From: Desulfobulbus propionicus DSM 2032
Lineage (GTDB): Bacteria > Desulfobacterota > Desulfobulbia > Desulfobulbales > Desulfobulbaceae
Assembly (NCBI RefSeq): GCF_000186885.1
Contig: NC_014972.1
Span: forward strand, 1,200,001-1,232,000
DNA length: 32,000 nt
Reading direction: 5' to 3'
Shown: positions 21,475-31,420 of the stretch, piece after piece
Numbering within the stretch: position 1 is the stretch's first letter
Layout of the letters: each line of letters starts with the position of its first letter
Notes under the pieces: model-generated
What the model saw: the letters and a program-made list of their open reading frames with translations, nothing else
What the model was told of the DNA's origin: nothing
Databases searched by the model: none
Position numbers and translations under genes: made by a program

Positions 21475-23169
21475 ATGGACCAGCACTCCTCCTCCCTGCA
21501 GACGCGTATCGCCGAACTTGAGGCCGAGGTGCAGCGGCTGGAGCGGGAAAACAGGAAACTACGCAAAAAGGCCCGCCAGGCCGACTCGGCCAATCAGGCC
21601 AAGTCGGATTTCCTTGCCATGATCAGTCACGAGATACGCACGCCGATGAACGGGGTTATCGGTATCAGCGAGCTGCTGCTCGATACCGATCTACAACCGA
21701 GGCAAAAGCATTTTGCGCACCTCATCCGCACCTCGGCCACCAGCCTGCTGACCCTGATCAACAACCTGCTCGACTTTAGCAAGATCGAAGCCGATAAGAT
21801 GGTCTTGGAAAGCGAGCCCTTTGATTTGCGGGCTTTGCTCGAACAGCTCCTTTCCCTCTATCGGGTAACCGGCAAAAGCAAGGGGCTGCGGGTTAACGCC
21901 GAAATCGATCCCTCCTTGTCCCGGCAGTACGTGGGCGATGCCCACCGATTGCGCCAAGTACTGGTCAATCTGCTCGGCAACGCGGTCAAATTCACCGAGC
22001 AGGGGGCCATCCTCCTGCGGGTGCGCAAGGAACGAGCAGGGGAAACAGCCGAGCTGCTCCGTTTCGAGGTGGAGGATTCGGGCGTGGGCATTGCCGAGGG
22101 TTCCATGGACAAGCTCTTTCAACCCTTTTCCCAGGTCGACAGCTCCTCCACCCGACGGTACGGCGGTACTGGCCTGGGGCTGTCCATCTGTGCCAGATTG
22201 ATCAAGCTGATGGAGGGCGAATTTGGTGCCCGCTCCGAATACGGCAAGGGCTCGACCTTCTGGTTCTCGCTGCCTCTGAGGGTGGCGCGACAGGCTGCAG
22301 AGATCGAAGGCGCGCCTGTGGACAGCGGTCAGCCGCCCACCGCTGTCGCCGAGGTCGAATCGTCGCCGGCTTGCGAGGGAGGCGACCTGCGGCTGTTGCT
22401 GGTCGACGACGAGGAAACCAACCGGATCGTCATGGCGGAAACCTTTCGTCCCACCGGCGTGGAGGTGGTCGTCGCCGCCAACGGGCAAGAGGCCATCGAG
22501 CTGTGCCGGGACAACAGGTTCAACCTGATCTTCATGGATTGCCAGATGCCGGTCGTCGATGGATTTGCCGCGACTAGAACCATCTTGCAGGAGGCGGAAC
22601 GCAAACACCGACAGGCACCGCCGGTCATTGCCCTTACCGCCGACGTCACCGCTGCCGCCAAGAAACGGTGCCAGGAGGTCGGCATGGTCGATTACCTGGC
22701 TAAACCTATTGATTTCAGACAATTGCAGGTGGTGCTCTCCCACTGGCTTCCGGAGCTGCGCATGTCGGTGGTGCCCAGGTCGCTGGCCGGAACAGCGGAG
22801 GTCGCGGGCGTTGACACGCCAAGGGAAAGCGACGGTTCCGCAGTGGTCAACACCGCCGTGCTGGGGCGATTGCGCGAGAATGTCGGCAATCTCGCGCCGG
22901 TGATCGGTGTCTTTCTTCGCGCCCTGGACCGACGTGTCGCCGAGTTGGACCAGGCCGTGCAGGCTAGGGACGCCCAGGCCATCAACAAGGTCGCCCATAC
23001 CATGAAAGGCAGCAGCAGCCAGTTCGGGGCCGAGGAACTGGCCAATCTGTGCCTGCTGGCGGAAAACATGGGCAAGAGCGGCAATATCCAACAAGTTGAC
23101 CGTATCCATCAGCAGATCGTCGAGTCGGCGGCCAGGGTGAAACAATTTTTCAGTCAACCGCTTGATTAA
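21475..23169 (+). CDS. Cytoplasmic hybrid histidine kinase: coiled coil - HisKA/HATPase - REC - Hpt
   Basis: [24 protein letters not shown]; [11 protein letters not shown]; DSGVGIAE; GGTGLGLSI; [15 protein letters not shown]...[13 protein letters not shown]; Hpt [19 protein letters not shown]. No obvious TM segment. Confidence 0.93.
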   Translation: MDQHSSSLQTRIAELEAEVQRLERENRKLRKKARQADSANQAKSDFLAMISHEIRTPMNGVIGISELLLDTDLQPRQKHFAHLIRTSATSLLTLINNLLDFSKIEADKMVLESEPFDLRALLEQLLSLYRVTGKSKGLRVNAEIDPSLSRQYVGDAHRLRQVLVNLLGNAVKFTEQGAILLRVRKERAGETAELLRFEVEDSGVGIAEGSMDKLFQPFSQVDSSSTRRYGGTGLGLSICARLIKLMEGEFGARSEYGKGSTFWFSLPLRVARQAAEIEGAPVDSGQPPTAVAEVESSPACEGGDLRLLLVDDEETNRIVMAETFRPTGVEVVVAANGQEAIELCRDNRFNLIFMDCQMPVVDGFAATRTILQEAERKHRQAPPVIALTADVTAAAKKRCQEVGMVDYLAKPIDFRQLQVVLSHWLPELRMSVVPRSLAGTAEVAGVDTPRESDGSAVVNTAVLGRLRENVGNLAPVIGVFLRALDRRVAELDQAVQARDAQAINKVAHTMKGSSSQFGAEELANLCLLAENMGKSGNIQQVDRIHQQIVESAARVKQFFSQPLD

Positions 23170-23241
23170 TTTTTAGATCATCCTACAATGATTGAGGATG
23201 CGTTCATTGAACACAATATCTTCCATGGGGATGAATAGGTT

Positions 23242-24570
23242 ATGACGGTCTCCCTCTTGTCGGGTGCCACGCCGGTCATTCTGATTGTCGATGATGACGA
23301 GGTGATCCGCATGCTCATGCGCCAGTTTCTGGAGGCCGAGGGCTATGCGGTGGTCGAGGCGGAGGACGGCCGTGCGGCGCTGGAAAAAGTGGCGGAACAG
23401 TCGTTTGATCTGGTGATCCTCGACATTGCCATGCCGGGCATCGATGGCCCCAGCGTGTGCGAGCACATCCGGTCGTCGATGACGGATCCGCCACCGGTGC
23501 TCATGATAACGGCCCTGGACGACGAAAAAAGCATCGAACGGTCGTATGGGGCCGGGGCGGTCGACTACATTCGCAAGCCGCTGCGATGGGCGGTGTTGAA
23601 AAATCGTATCCGCTACATCCTGGGTTCCCATCGGGCCAAGCAGGAATTGGAACTGCTGTCGCGCAACTACGAAATGATCCTTGATGCCGCCGCCAACGGC
23701 ATTTGCGGCGTCGACGACCGGGGCGCGATCAGTTACATCAACCCCGCCGCCCTGAAAATGCTGGGCTACACCAACGACGAGGTCAGAGGGGAAAAGTGTT
23801 CGGAGATTTTCAAGATATCCCTGCCCGGCAGCGATGATTTTTCCGAGGCCTGCTGCCCCTATCTGACGCAGCCCGACCAGCGATCGACCGTCTGTTACGA
23901 CGAGGCCAGGATGCTGCGCAAGGACGGTACCAGTTTCCCGGTGGACTTTCGTTCAACCCCGATCCGCCAGGGACAGCGGTTGGTCGGCGGGGTGCTGGTT
24001 TTCCAGGATGTCACCGAGCGGCAGGAAGCGGCGGAGTTGATCCGCTACATGGCCAACCACGATCCGCTGACCAATCTGCCCAACCGCAACTACTTCCGCA
24101 GACGATTGCCGCAGGCTGTTTCCCTGGCCAAGCGCTACGGCCGCATTCTCTGCCTGTTGTTCATCGACCTCGACCGGTTCAAGCCGATCAACGACCAGTT
24201 CGGCCATGGGGTCGGTGACATCGTGCTGATGCAGGTGGGGGAACGGTTGCGCAGCGTGCTGCGAACCTCGGATTCAGTCTGCCGGCTGGGAGGCGACGAG
24301 TTCGTCATCCTGCTGGAGAGTACCGATACCCTGGAGGGCGCCACCCGGGTGGCGCAGAAGGTGATCGATTCGCTCAACGAGCCGATCGAGGCGGGCGATC
24401 ATATTTGCTTCATTGGCGCCAGCATCGGTATCTCGGTTTTTCCCAACGACTGCAGCGACGCCGAAACCATGCTTCGCCACGCCGATATCGCCATGTACGA
24501 GGCCAAGAAAAAAGGCCGTAACTGCTGGCAGTTGTACGCGCCCCTCACATCCCCTGGGCAATCGTCCTGA
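23242..24570 (+). CDS. Response regulator diguanylate cyclase: REC - PAS - GGDEF
   Basis: REC ILIVDDDEVIRMLMRQF...LVILDIAMPGIDG...DYIRKP; PAS MILDAAANGICGVDDRGAISYINPAALKMLGY; catalytic GGDEF with RTSD (RxxD) five residues upstream. Confidence 0.94.
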   Translation: MTVSLLSGATPVILIVDDDEVIRMLMRQFLEAEGYAVVEAEDGRAALEKVAEQSFDLVILDIAMPGIDGPSVCEHIRSSMTDPPPVLMITALDDEKSIERSYGAGAVDYIRKPLRWAVLKNRIRYILGSHRAKQELELLSRNYEMILDAAANGICGVDDRGAISYINPAALKMLGYTNDEVRGEKCSEIFKISLPGSDDFSEACCPYLTQPDQRSTVCYDEARMLRKDGTSFPVDFRSTPIRQGQRLVGGVLVFQDVTERQEAAELIRYMANHDPLTNLPNRNYFRRRLPQAVSLAKRYGRILCLLFIDLDRFKPINDQFGHGVGDIVLMQVGERLRSVLRTSDSVCRLGGDEFVILLESTDTLEGATRVAQKVIDSLNEPIEAGDHICFIGASIGISVFPNDCSDAETMLRHADIAMYEAKKKGRNCWQLYAPLTSPGQSS

Positions 24571-25000
24571 TAATATCCGATTTGCCGATCACCCCCACCA
24601 ACGTGCCCTCGGCCATCACCGGCAGGGTGTGCATCTTTTTTTCCGCCATCAGGGTGGCCAATTCCTCCAGGTCGGTTTCCGGACCGACGCTGATCAGGGG
24701 AGTTGAACAGATATCGCCCACCCTGGTACCGGCCATCTTCCTCAGTTCCTCTTTCATCCGATCCGGCGGTTCAAGAAAGACAAAGGCGTCGAGAATGGCG
24801 AAGGCTGTCGGCAAATGGACCTTTTTGTTCTGAAAAATCAGATCGCTTTCGGTGACCACGCCGATCACCTTGCCTGCCTCGTCGACTACCGGGGCGCCGC
24901 TGATCTTGTGGGACAACAGCAGGGCCGCCAGTTCGCGCACACTGGTTCGGGCGTTGACCGTGATCACCTCGCGGGTCATGATGTCTTGTGCTTTCAACAT
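24545..25000 (-). CDS. CBS-domain pair protein
   Basis: Start at MLKAQDIMTREVITVNARTSVRELAALLLSHKISGAPVVDEAGKVIGVVTESDLI; second CBS motif KMHTLPVMAEGTLVGVIGKSDIIRTI. Confidence 0.92.
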   Translation of the reverse strand: MLKAQDIMTREVITVNARTSVRELAALLLSHKISGAPVVDEAGKVIGVVTESDLIFQNKKVHLPTAFAILDAFVFLEPPDRMKEELRKMAGTRVGDICSTPLISVGPETDLEELATLMAEKKMHTLPVMAEGTLVGVIGKSDIIRTIAQGM

Positions 25001-26601
25001 GGTCTCTCCTTGGTGGAAGGTGGAATGAAGGTGCCGATGATTTTTGGCAGCAGCTGCGCCACCTCGGAGGCGGCATAGCCGTAGGGGTGTTCGGCGGCCA
25101 GGCGATCGGCGGCCAGACCGTGGAGATAGACCCCGAGGCAGGCAGCCTGCCAGGGATCGTAGCCTTGGACCAACAAGCCGCCAATGATGCCGGCGAGCAC
25201 GTCTCCCATGCCGCCGGTGCCCATGCCCGGATTGCCGGAGGTGTTGATCGCCCATTCACCGCTGCCTGCCGCAATCACCGTGCCTGCACCCTTGAGCACG
25301 GTGACGACCGGCGGCCCCGCCGTGCCGATGATCTCGTTGAGCCGCCGAGCGGCGGCGAGGCGGTCGGTCTGGACCTCGCCGATGGTGCAGCCGAGCAGGC
25401 GGGCCATCTCGCCCGGATGGGGGGTGAGGATGCGTGGCCCGGCCGGTTGGCCGAGCATTTCCGGATGGGCAGCGAGGATGTTGAGGGCATCGGCGTCGAT
25501 CACCTGCGCACAGCTGTTTTGCGTGTACAGCCGGAGGATCAGTTGCGCCGTGGTCTCCTCGGTTCCGATGCCCGGGCCAACAACCATGCCGTCCTTGCCT
25601 TGGACGGCGGATTCGATGAGGCCATGGTCCTCGACGGAGAACCGTCCCCGGGAAGCGGGCAAAGGCAGGGACATTGATTCGGCAATGGCGGTTTCAAAGA
25701 TGGGGTTGAGATCCCCGGGTACGGCAAAGGTGACCAAGCCGGTACCGCTGCGCAGCGCCCCCTGACCGCAGAGCAGGGCGGCGCCGGTCTTGCCGAGGGA
25801 ACCGGCAAGAATGAGCAGGTGGCCGTTTGCACCCTTGTGCGCCGCAGTGGCCCGGTGGCGCAGCAGGCTACCCAGATCGTGGTCCAGCAGCGCCCCCTCC
25901 AGTTTCATTTGCGCCACCACCTTGGGGGGAATGCCGATATCGACCCGCTCCAGACGGCCGACGCAAGGACCGCCATGGTGGGCATGGCCGGGTTTGGGCA
26001 GGCCGTAGGTGACGGTCAGGTCGGCCTGGACTGCCGCCCCGTGGATGGCGCCGGTGTCGCTGTCCAACCCCGAGGGAATATCGACGCTGACCACCGGCAG
26101 CCGATGCCGCTCATGGAGGATGTTGATGCAATTGATCACGTCAAGAAACGGCCCACTGACCTCGCGGGTCAGGCCGGTGCCGAAGAGAGCATCCACCAGG
26201 GAGTGCATCGGATGGATGCGGTTGAGCGTCAGCACCGTGTCGATCAGAGTCAGCATCTTCTCCGAATAATCGAGAATCTGGAAGGGCAAGTGCAACCGCT
26301 TGAGGATCGCGAAGTTGAGCGCCGCGTCCCTCTGGAGCTGTTCCGGATCGAGGATGAAAAAGACAAAGGGAAAGGCGCCCAGACCGTGTACCGTGCGGGC
26401 AATGACCAGGCCATCGCCGCCGTTGTTGCCGGGACCGGCAAAAATGCACACGGTTTTTCCCTTGACCGGCCCAAGGAACCCTTCCATCAGGTCAACCGTT
26501 CCCCGGCCGGCGTTTTCCATCAGCACCATGCCGGGAATACCTATCTCTTCAATGGTCCGTCGGTCAAGTTCGCGCATCTGCGCGGCAAGAGCCAGTTGCA
26601 T
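24994..26601 (-). CDS. nnr: Bifunctional NAD(P)H-hydrate epimerase / ADP-dependent (S)-NAD(P)H-hydrate dehydratase
   Basis: Start at MQLALAAQMRELDRRTIEEIGIPGMVLMENAGRG; GPGNNGGDGLVIAR (YjeF_N); C-terminal ILTPHPGEMARLLG, VLKGAGTVIA, INTSGNPGMGTGGMGDVLAGIIGGLL. Confidence 0.94.
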   Translation of the reverse strand: MQLALAAQMRELDRRTIEEIGIPGMVLMENAGRGTVDLMEGFLGPVKGKTVCIFAGPGNNGGDGLVIARTVHGLGAFPFVFFILDPEQLQRDAALNFAILKRLHLPFQILDYSEKMLTLIDTVLTLNRIHPMHSLVDALFGTGLTREVSGPFLDVINCINILHERHRLPVVSVDIPSGLDSDTGAIHGAAVQADLTVTYGLPKPGHAHHGGPCVGRLERVDIGIPPKVVAQMKLEGALLDHDLGSLLRHRATAAHKGANGHLLILAGSLGKTGAALLCGQGALRSGTGLVTFAVPGDLNPIFETAIAESMSLPLPASRGRFSVEDHGLIESAVQGKDGMVVGPGIGTEETTAQLILRLYTQNSCAQVIDADALNILAAHPEMLGQPAGPRILTPHPGEMARLLGCTIGEVQTDRLAAARRLNEIIGTAGPPVVTVLKGAGTVIAAGSGEWAINTSGNPGMGTGGMGDVLAGIIGGLLVQGYDPWQAACLGVYLHGLAADRLAAEHPYGYAASEVAQLLPKIIGTFIPPSTKERPC

Positions 26602-26791
26602 GAACGATACACTCCTTTCAAGGGGTTCGAGGGGACTGCAATGGGGCTCCGTCGTTTCGGGTGGAAAATAGCCCGTTTCTCCTATCACTATAGAATGATG
26701 AGCGGATCAGGGCAACCATCCAAGAGGGGGGACGGAAAATCGCCAGCATGGTTGAAAGGCACCCGCACAGACCGAAGAGTGTTCGCATGGG

Positions 26792-28318
26792 TCAATCCGT
26801 GGAAGTCTGTTTTTTTCTCAGTGATTCTTCACAGAACTCGCAGGCTATGAAACCAGCTGCCTTGGCCTGCTCCACGTCCTTGAAGGCCATCCGGCACTGC
26901 GGGCAGTCATAGTCCGTGCAATCCGGTAGGTGAAAGAGGCCAGTGGTACTGTCGGCATGGATCGGCAGCTGGTCGACCGAGTCCTTGGTTGCTGCCGGCC
27001 GCTCCTTGGTCCCCCGCATACGGTGCAGCATCGACTGTCCCACGGCAGCGACCCGCTGACAGGCGGTTTTGAGAAAGCGGTCGTAAAGGGCGAGCACAAA
27101 GAGCTGGACCTGTTCCGGCACCAGGGGCCGTTCCCGGTTCACCCGCCAGAAAATGACAACGGTGAGGACGGAAAAGAGGATGTTGGGCAGCCACATGCCC
27201 AGCACCAGGGGCAGGGTGCCCTCCTCGCTCATCACCCGGGCGGTGGTGAAGGCGATGTAATAGAGGACAAAGACGACCAGCCCCAGCGGGATGCCCACGG
27301 CCCGGCGGCCGGGCGCGGCCTGCAGTCCCAGGGGCAAACCGAGGATGCTGAGGATGAAGCAGCCCACCGGCAGGGCCAGGCGGTGGTGATATTCGGAAAG
27401 GAAAATGCGATGGAGCTTGGAGTTGGGCTTTTGTTTGGCCGCGGCCCGTAACAGTTGCTGCTGGCTCATGGCCCCTCGGGTCTGGCTGGTAACATCCTCC
27501 TTGCCGATCTGGGTGGGAGGACGGAGGGAAATCTGCAATTGATAGCGACCGAACCGGACCACCTGATTGTCCGTGCCCTCGTTGTTGTGCAGGGTGCCGT
27601 CGTTGAGGACAATGGTGACCGTCATTCGTTCCATTTCCGCCTCCATGTGGCCGGATTTGGCCACGGTGATCAGTGGCTGCGTCCTGCCGCGCATGTCGGA
27701 AACGTACACTCCATGCCAGCGCTGCTGATCGTCGATTTCATCGACATAGACCACGATGTCGCCCAGGGCTTCGGTGAATTCCCTGGCCTTGAGCCCCTTG
27801 TCGATCTTCTCCTTGGCCAGCTCGAACATCAGCTGCTTGAACCCCAGCGCGCCGGCGGGGATGAGGCGGATGGAGAAAAAGCCGGTCAGGGTGGCGATGG
27901 CGGCGGCAATGAGAATCACCGGCGGCAGCATCTGCTTGAGGCTGACGCCGCAGGCCTTGAGCGCCAGGATTTCGCGGTCGTTGGTCAGCCGGGTGAAGCC
28001 GACGATCACCCCGGCCATGCTGGCCATGGGAATGATGTAGAGCAGCATCCGGGGAAAGATGTAGGAAAACAGGCGGATGAAATCCGCCAGGCCAATGCGC
28101 AGGGCCAACACCACCTCGAGCAGCGGAATCAGCCGCACCAGGAAAAAGACGCAGTAAAGGATGAGGAAACTGGCGAAAAAGGGAGCCAACAGCTCGTTGG
28201 CGATGTAGCTGTAGAGCAGCAGAGGAGGCCGCCGCAGACGGAAGCCGGAATCGTTGTTCCGTCTTCCCGTGGTTTGGGTCCGGTCTGTTGGTGCTGCCGG
28301 AGTTGGATCAGGACTCAT
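26792..28318 (-). CDS. LptF/LptG-family permease with extra C-terminal Ada-like Cys cluster
   Basis: ATG at 28318 preferred over TTG at 28345. LLYSYIANELLAPFFASFLILYCVFFLVRL...GFTRLTNDREILALKACGVS...HHRLALPVGCFILSILGLPLG is an LptF/G hallmark pattern. The C-terminus ends FHLPDCTDYDCPQCRMAFKDVEQAKAAGFIACEFCEESL. Confidence 0.9.
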   Translation of the reverse strand: MSPDPTPAAPTDRTQTTGRRNNDSGFRLRRPPLLLYSYIANELLAPFFASFLILYCVFFLVRLIPLLEVVLALRIGLADFIRLFSYIFPRMLLYIIPMASMAGVIVGFTRLTNDREILALKACGVSLKQMLPPVILIAAAIATLTGFFSIRLIPAGALGFKQLMFELAKEKIDKGLKAREFTEALGDIVVYVDEIDDQQRWHGVYVSDMRGRTQPLITVAKSGHMEAEMERMTVTIVLNDGTLHNNEGTDNQVVRFGRYQLQISLRPPTQIGKEDVTSQTRGAMSQQQLLRAAAKQKPNSKLHRIFLSEYHHRLALPVGCFILSILGLPLGLQAAPGRRAVGIPLGLVVFVLYYIAFTTARVMSEEGTLPLVLGMWLPNILFSVLTVVIFWRVNRERPLVPEQVQLFVLALYDRFLKTACQRVAAVGQSMLHRMRGTKERPAATKDSVDQLPIHADSTTGLFHLPDCTDYDCPQCRMAFKDVEQAKAAGFIACEFCEESLRKKQTSTD

Positions 28319-29690
28319 TGAACGCGGATTTGATGTTGACGTCAATCCAGTGCTGATCCCACCATTCGATGGGGGTGACGAAAATACCGTGCACCAGCAT
28401 GGAGAAATGGAGGTGGTCGCCGCCAGCCATGCCGGTCGCCCCGGAACGGCCGATCGGCTGGTTCTTTTCCACCAGGGTGCCCACGGTGGTGTCGATGCTG
28501 CTCAGGTGGGAGTAGAGGCTGGCAATGCCCTGGCCGTGGTCGATGATGACCATGTTGCCGTAGATGCCCAGATAGTCGGCGAACACCACCTTGCCCCGGT
28601 TGGCGGCGCGAATCTCGGCCCGTTCCAATGAGGCGATGTCCACCCCGAGATGGGTCTGGGTATCGATGGCTGTGCCGTTGTAGAGATAGGTGCGCTGGTC
28701 GGCGTATCCCGCCCGCCCCGAACCGGGCATGCGCAGGAAGCGATCCGACCACAGCTGCTGCGGATCAGTGGCGGCACAGACCTTGGCGATGGCTTCGGCG
28801 TTGTTCCGCCGGATCTGGTTGTTGACATAGAGATACTTTTCCACCAGGGTGCCGGTGCCCTGCATCTCCGGGTAGTGTTGCTCGAACTCCGGCATCTTCT
28901 GCAGCAGGAACTGCTCGCTGATCGTGATGCTGTCGCGCTTGTCCGGAACCGGCTTGAACACGGCGGCAAAAGGGGCAGTGCCTTCGTTGCCGGCCTCGTC
29001 GTAGGCCACGATCCGAGTTTTTTCCGGCTGGCCGGCGTCCCAGGGCAGGGCGAAGTAGGCGACGTAGGTATTGTTCTTGCCGGTGGCAAATCCGGGGAAG
29101 AAGACATTGTCGATCAAGACGCCGTGGCGGGCCGGCAGTTCGGCGACCGTGTACAGCGCCATGCCGCTGCCGCCCGGCTGGATGACCCGCTGGCCATGGA
29201 CCAGGGCGACCTTGGGCGGGACGGTGTCCATGGTCACCGGGATACGGGTGAGGGTGCGGTTGCCCTTGAACAGGCCGTTGAGAGAAAAATCACGCACCAG
29301 GATGATCAACTCGGCGTCACCTTCCTTGATTCCGGCCTTTTGGGCGTCGATCACCACTTTTTCGTTGAGCGATTGCGGGCCGGCGGGCTTGAACCAGGCG
29401 GCGCGCGGGAAGGTTCGCTCTAACAACGTGGCGCTCTTGTCGCCTTGGGCAAGAGTGATGATCACCGCGCTGATGCCGCTTTTGTTGTCGGTGGCATGCA
29501 GGGGCAGTTCGATTCGGCCGCCCAGGTATTTGATCTGCTTGTCAAGCACCAGGGTCGGTTTTTCAAACTCGAAAAGGAGAAAGGCGACAACGGCCAGGGC
29601 CAAGCCGGCGGTGGTGGCCAGGGCAAGGAAAAACATCTTGAAAAAACCGCCTTTTCGCGATGAACCGCGCAATCGGATGTGGGTTGCCAT
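28308..29690 (-). CDS. Membrane-anchored M23-family (LytM/LysM-class) metallopeptidase
   Basis: N-terminal TM FFLALATTAGLALAVVAFLLFEF; peptidase motifs TQTHLGVDIASLE (HxxxD) and GGDHLHFSML (HxH) at the C-terminus. Confidence 0.92.
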   Translation of the reverse strand: MATHIRLRGSSRKGGFFKMFFLALATTAGLALAVVAFLLFEFEKPTLVLDKQIKYLGGRIELPLHATDNKSGISAVIITLAQGDKSATLLERTFPRAAWFKPAGPQSLNEKVVIDAQKAGIKEGDAELIILVRDFSLNGLFKGNRTLTRIPVTMDTVPPKVALVHGQRVIQPGGSGMALYTVAELPARHGVLIDNVFFPGFATGKNNTYVAYFALPWDAGQPEKTRIVAYDEAGNEGTAPFAAVFKPVPDKRDSITISEQFLLQKMPEFEQHYPEMQGTGTLVEKYLYVNNQIRRNNAEAIAKVCAATDPQQLWSDRFLRMPGSGRAGYADQRTYLYNGTAIDTQTHLGVDIASLERAEIRAANRGKVVFADYLGIYGNMVIIDHGQGIASLYSHLSSIDTTVGTLVEKNQPIGRSGATGMAGGDHLHFSMLVHGIFVTPIEWWDQHWIDVNIKSAFNES

Positions 29691-29734
29691 GGGAAGGTCG
29701 TGTGGGGTGGAATTGATCGGATCTTTGGGTTGTT

Positions 29735-31240
29735 CTATTCGTTCCAGATGACGTCGTAGCGTTTGATGTGCATGTCAGGCACCGGGATGATGGTGAAGCG
29801 TTTTTCCGTCCGCTGCTCCAGCTGCTCGATGGTGTAGGATTCCTCGTTGAGCAGCATCTCGGCGATATGGGGATGAACCTTGATGGTGACGTGCGAGCCG
29901 CCGATCTTGCGCGCGTCGCGGCTGATCTTGCGGAAAATCTCATGGCAGATGGTGCGGCGCGACTTGATGAAGCCGTCGCCGCCGCAGTAGAGGCAGGGTT
30001 CGCACATGGTCTGGATCAGGCTTTCCGACAGCCGCTTGCGGGTCATCTGCACCAGCCCGAACTCGGACAGCTTGAGGATGTTGACCTTGCTCTTGTCGTT
30101 GCGCATTGCCTCCTGGAAAGCGGCGTACAGCTCCTCGCGGTGCTGCTCGTTCTCCATGTCGATGAAGTCGATGATGATGATGCCGCCGAGGTTGCGCAGC
30201 CGCAGCTGGCGGGCGATCTCGCGCACCGCCTCCATGTTGGTCTTGAAGATGGTCTCGGCCAGGTCGGAGGCGCCGACATAGCGACCGGTATTGACGTCGA
30301 TGACCGTCAGGGCCTCGGTGGGCTCGATGATGATGTAGCCGCCGGAACGCAGCCACACCTTCTTGTCGAGCGCGCTGTTGATGTCCGCCTCCACGCCGTA
30401 GCGTTCGAACAACGGCAGGTCGGAATCGTAATAGGTGATCTTGTCCTGCAGTTGGGGGGCAAAGGTCTTGGCGTAGGAAAGCAGCTGCTCGTAGACCTCG
30501 GCGTTGTCGATCACCAGTTCGTTGATCTCCTCGGTGAAAAAGTCGCGCACCGAGCGGAGGATGATGTCGAGGTCCTTGTAGATCAGGCAGGGGGCCTGGG
30601 CCTTCTGCGCCTTGGTGAGGATCTCGTCCCACAAGAGCAGGAGGAATTCCATGTCCGCTTCCAGGGCCTCGTTGCCGATGTTTTCGGCCACGGTGCGCAT
30701 GATGAAGCCGGTGCCCGGCGGCCGCAGGACCTCGATCCGGTCGCGCAGCTGCTGGCGGGTGGCTTCGTCCTCGATCTTGCGCGAGATGCCGATATGATCG
30801 GTCAGCGGCATGAACACCAGGTTACGGCAGGGCAGGGTGATGTTGCAGGTCAGGCGGGCACCCTTGGAGCCGATGGGTTCCTTGGCGATCTGCACTAAAA
30901 TCTCCTGGCCTTCGTGGAGGATGTCGTTGATCGCCGGGGTGGCGGGAAGGTGGGACGGCGGAATCGACCTGAGTTTATGCCCCGGGGACAAGCGTTGATA
31001 ATTCTCGGAAAAAATATAGAAGGCCTCGTCAACGTAGAGGAAACCGGTTCGATCCAGGCCAATGTCGACGAAGGCCGCGTCAATGCCGGGCAACACCCGG
31101 ACCACCCGGCCCAGGTAAATGTTGCCGATCAGCCCTTTTTCCGAAACCCGTTCCAGGTGGAATTCGCGCAGGTGGCCGTTTTCCACCAGAGCGATCCGGT
31201 TCTCGTAGAAGGTTGCATTGATGAGGATGTCTGTGTACAT
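29735..31240 (-). CDS. rng: Ribonuclease E/G family protein (RNase G-like)
   Basis: 501 aa; GNIYLGRVVRVLPGIDAAFVDIGLDRTGFLYVDE, GGYIIIEPTEALTVIDVNTGRYVG, LRLRNLGGIIIIDFIDM, LVQMTRKRLSESL, CLYCGGDG. Confidence 0.94.
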   Translation of the reverse strand: MYTDILINATFYENRIALVENGHLREFHLERVSEKGLIGNIYLGRVVRVLPGIDAAFVDIGLDRTGFLYVDEAFYIFSENYQRLSPGHKLRSIPPSHLPATPAINDILHEGQEILVQIAKEPIGSKGARLTCNITLPCRNLVFMPLTDHIGISRKIEDEATRQQLRDRIEVLRPPGTGFIMRTVAENIGNEALEADMEFLLLLWDEILTKAQKAQAPCLIYKDLDIILRSVRDFFTEEINELVIDNAEVYEQLLSYAKTFAPQLQDKITYYDSDLPLFERYGVEADINSALDKKVWLRSGGYIIIEPTEALTVIDVNTGRYVGASDLAETIFKTNMEAVREIARQLRLRNLGGIIIIDFIDMENEQHREELYAAFQEAMRNDKSKVNILKLSEFGLVQMTRKRLSESLIQTMCEPCLYCGGDGFIKSRRTICHEIFRKISRDARKIGGSHVTIKVHPHIAEMLLNEESYTIEQLEQRTEKRFTIIPVPDMHIKRYDVIWNE

Positions 31241-31420
31241 AGAAATGCCTGGTCAAACGCCGTCCGCTGCGGCTGAAGACGGGACAGACAACGGTCCGGG
31301 CGCGTAAGTTTTTATGAAACAAGCATTTTACTATACTATACCGTCGGCAAACCGCCAGCGTAAATTGGCCGAGACAGGGTGGATAGGTTTGCCACTCGTC
31401 GGACCGCTGTTGACAATCTA

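Noticed and set aside
23179-23200. Small inverted repeat CATCCT...AGGATG between the hybrid kinase and the diguanylate cyclase
   Set aside because: Six-bp arms, AT-rich loop, no T-run. Easily expected by chance.
26930-28321. + strand ORFs of 173 and 288 aa opposite the LptF/G permease
   Set aside because: Same shadow-ORF pattern. The minus-strand frame has the hallmark permease sequence.
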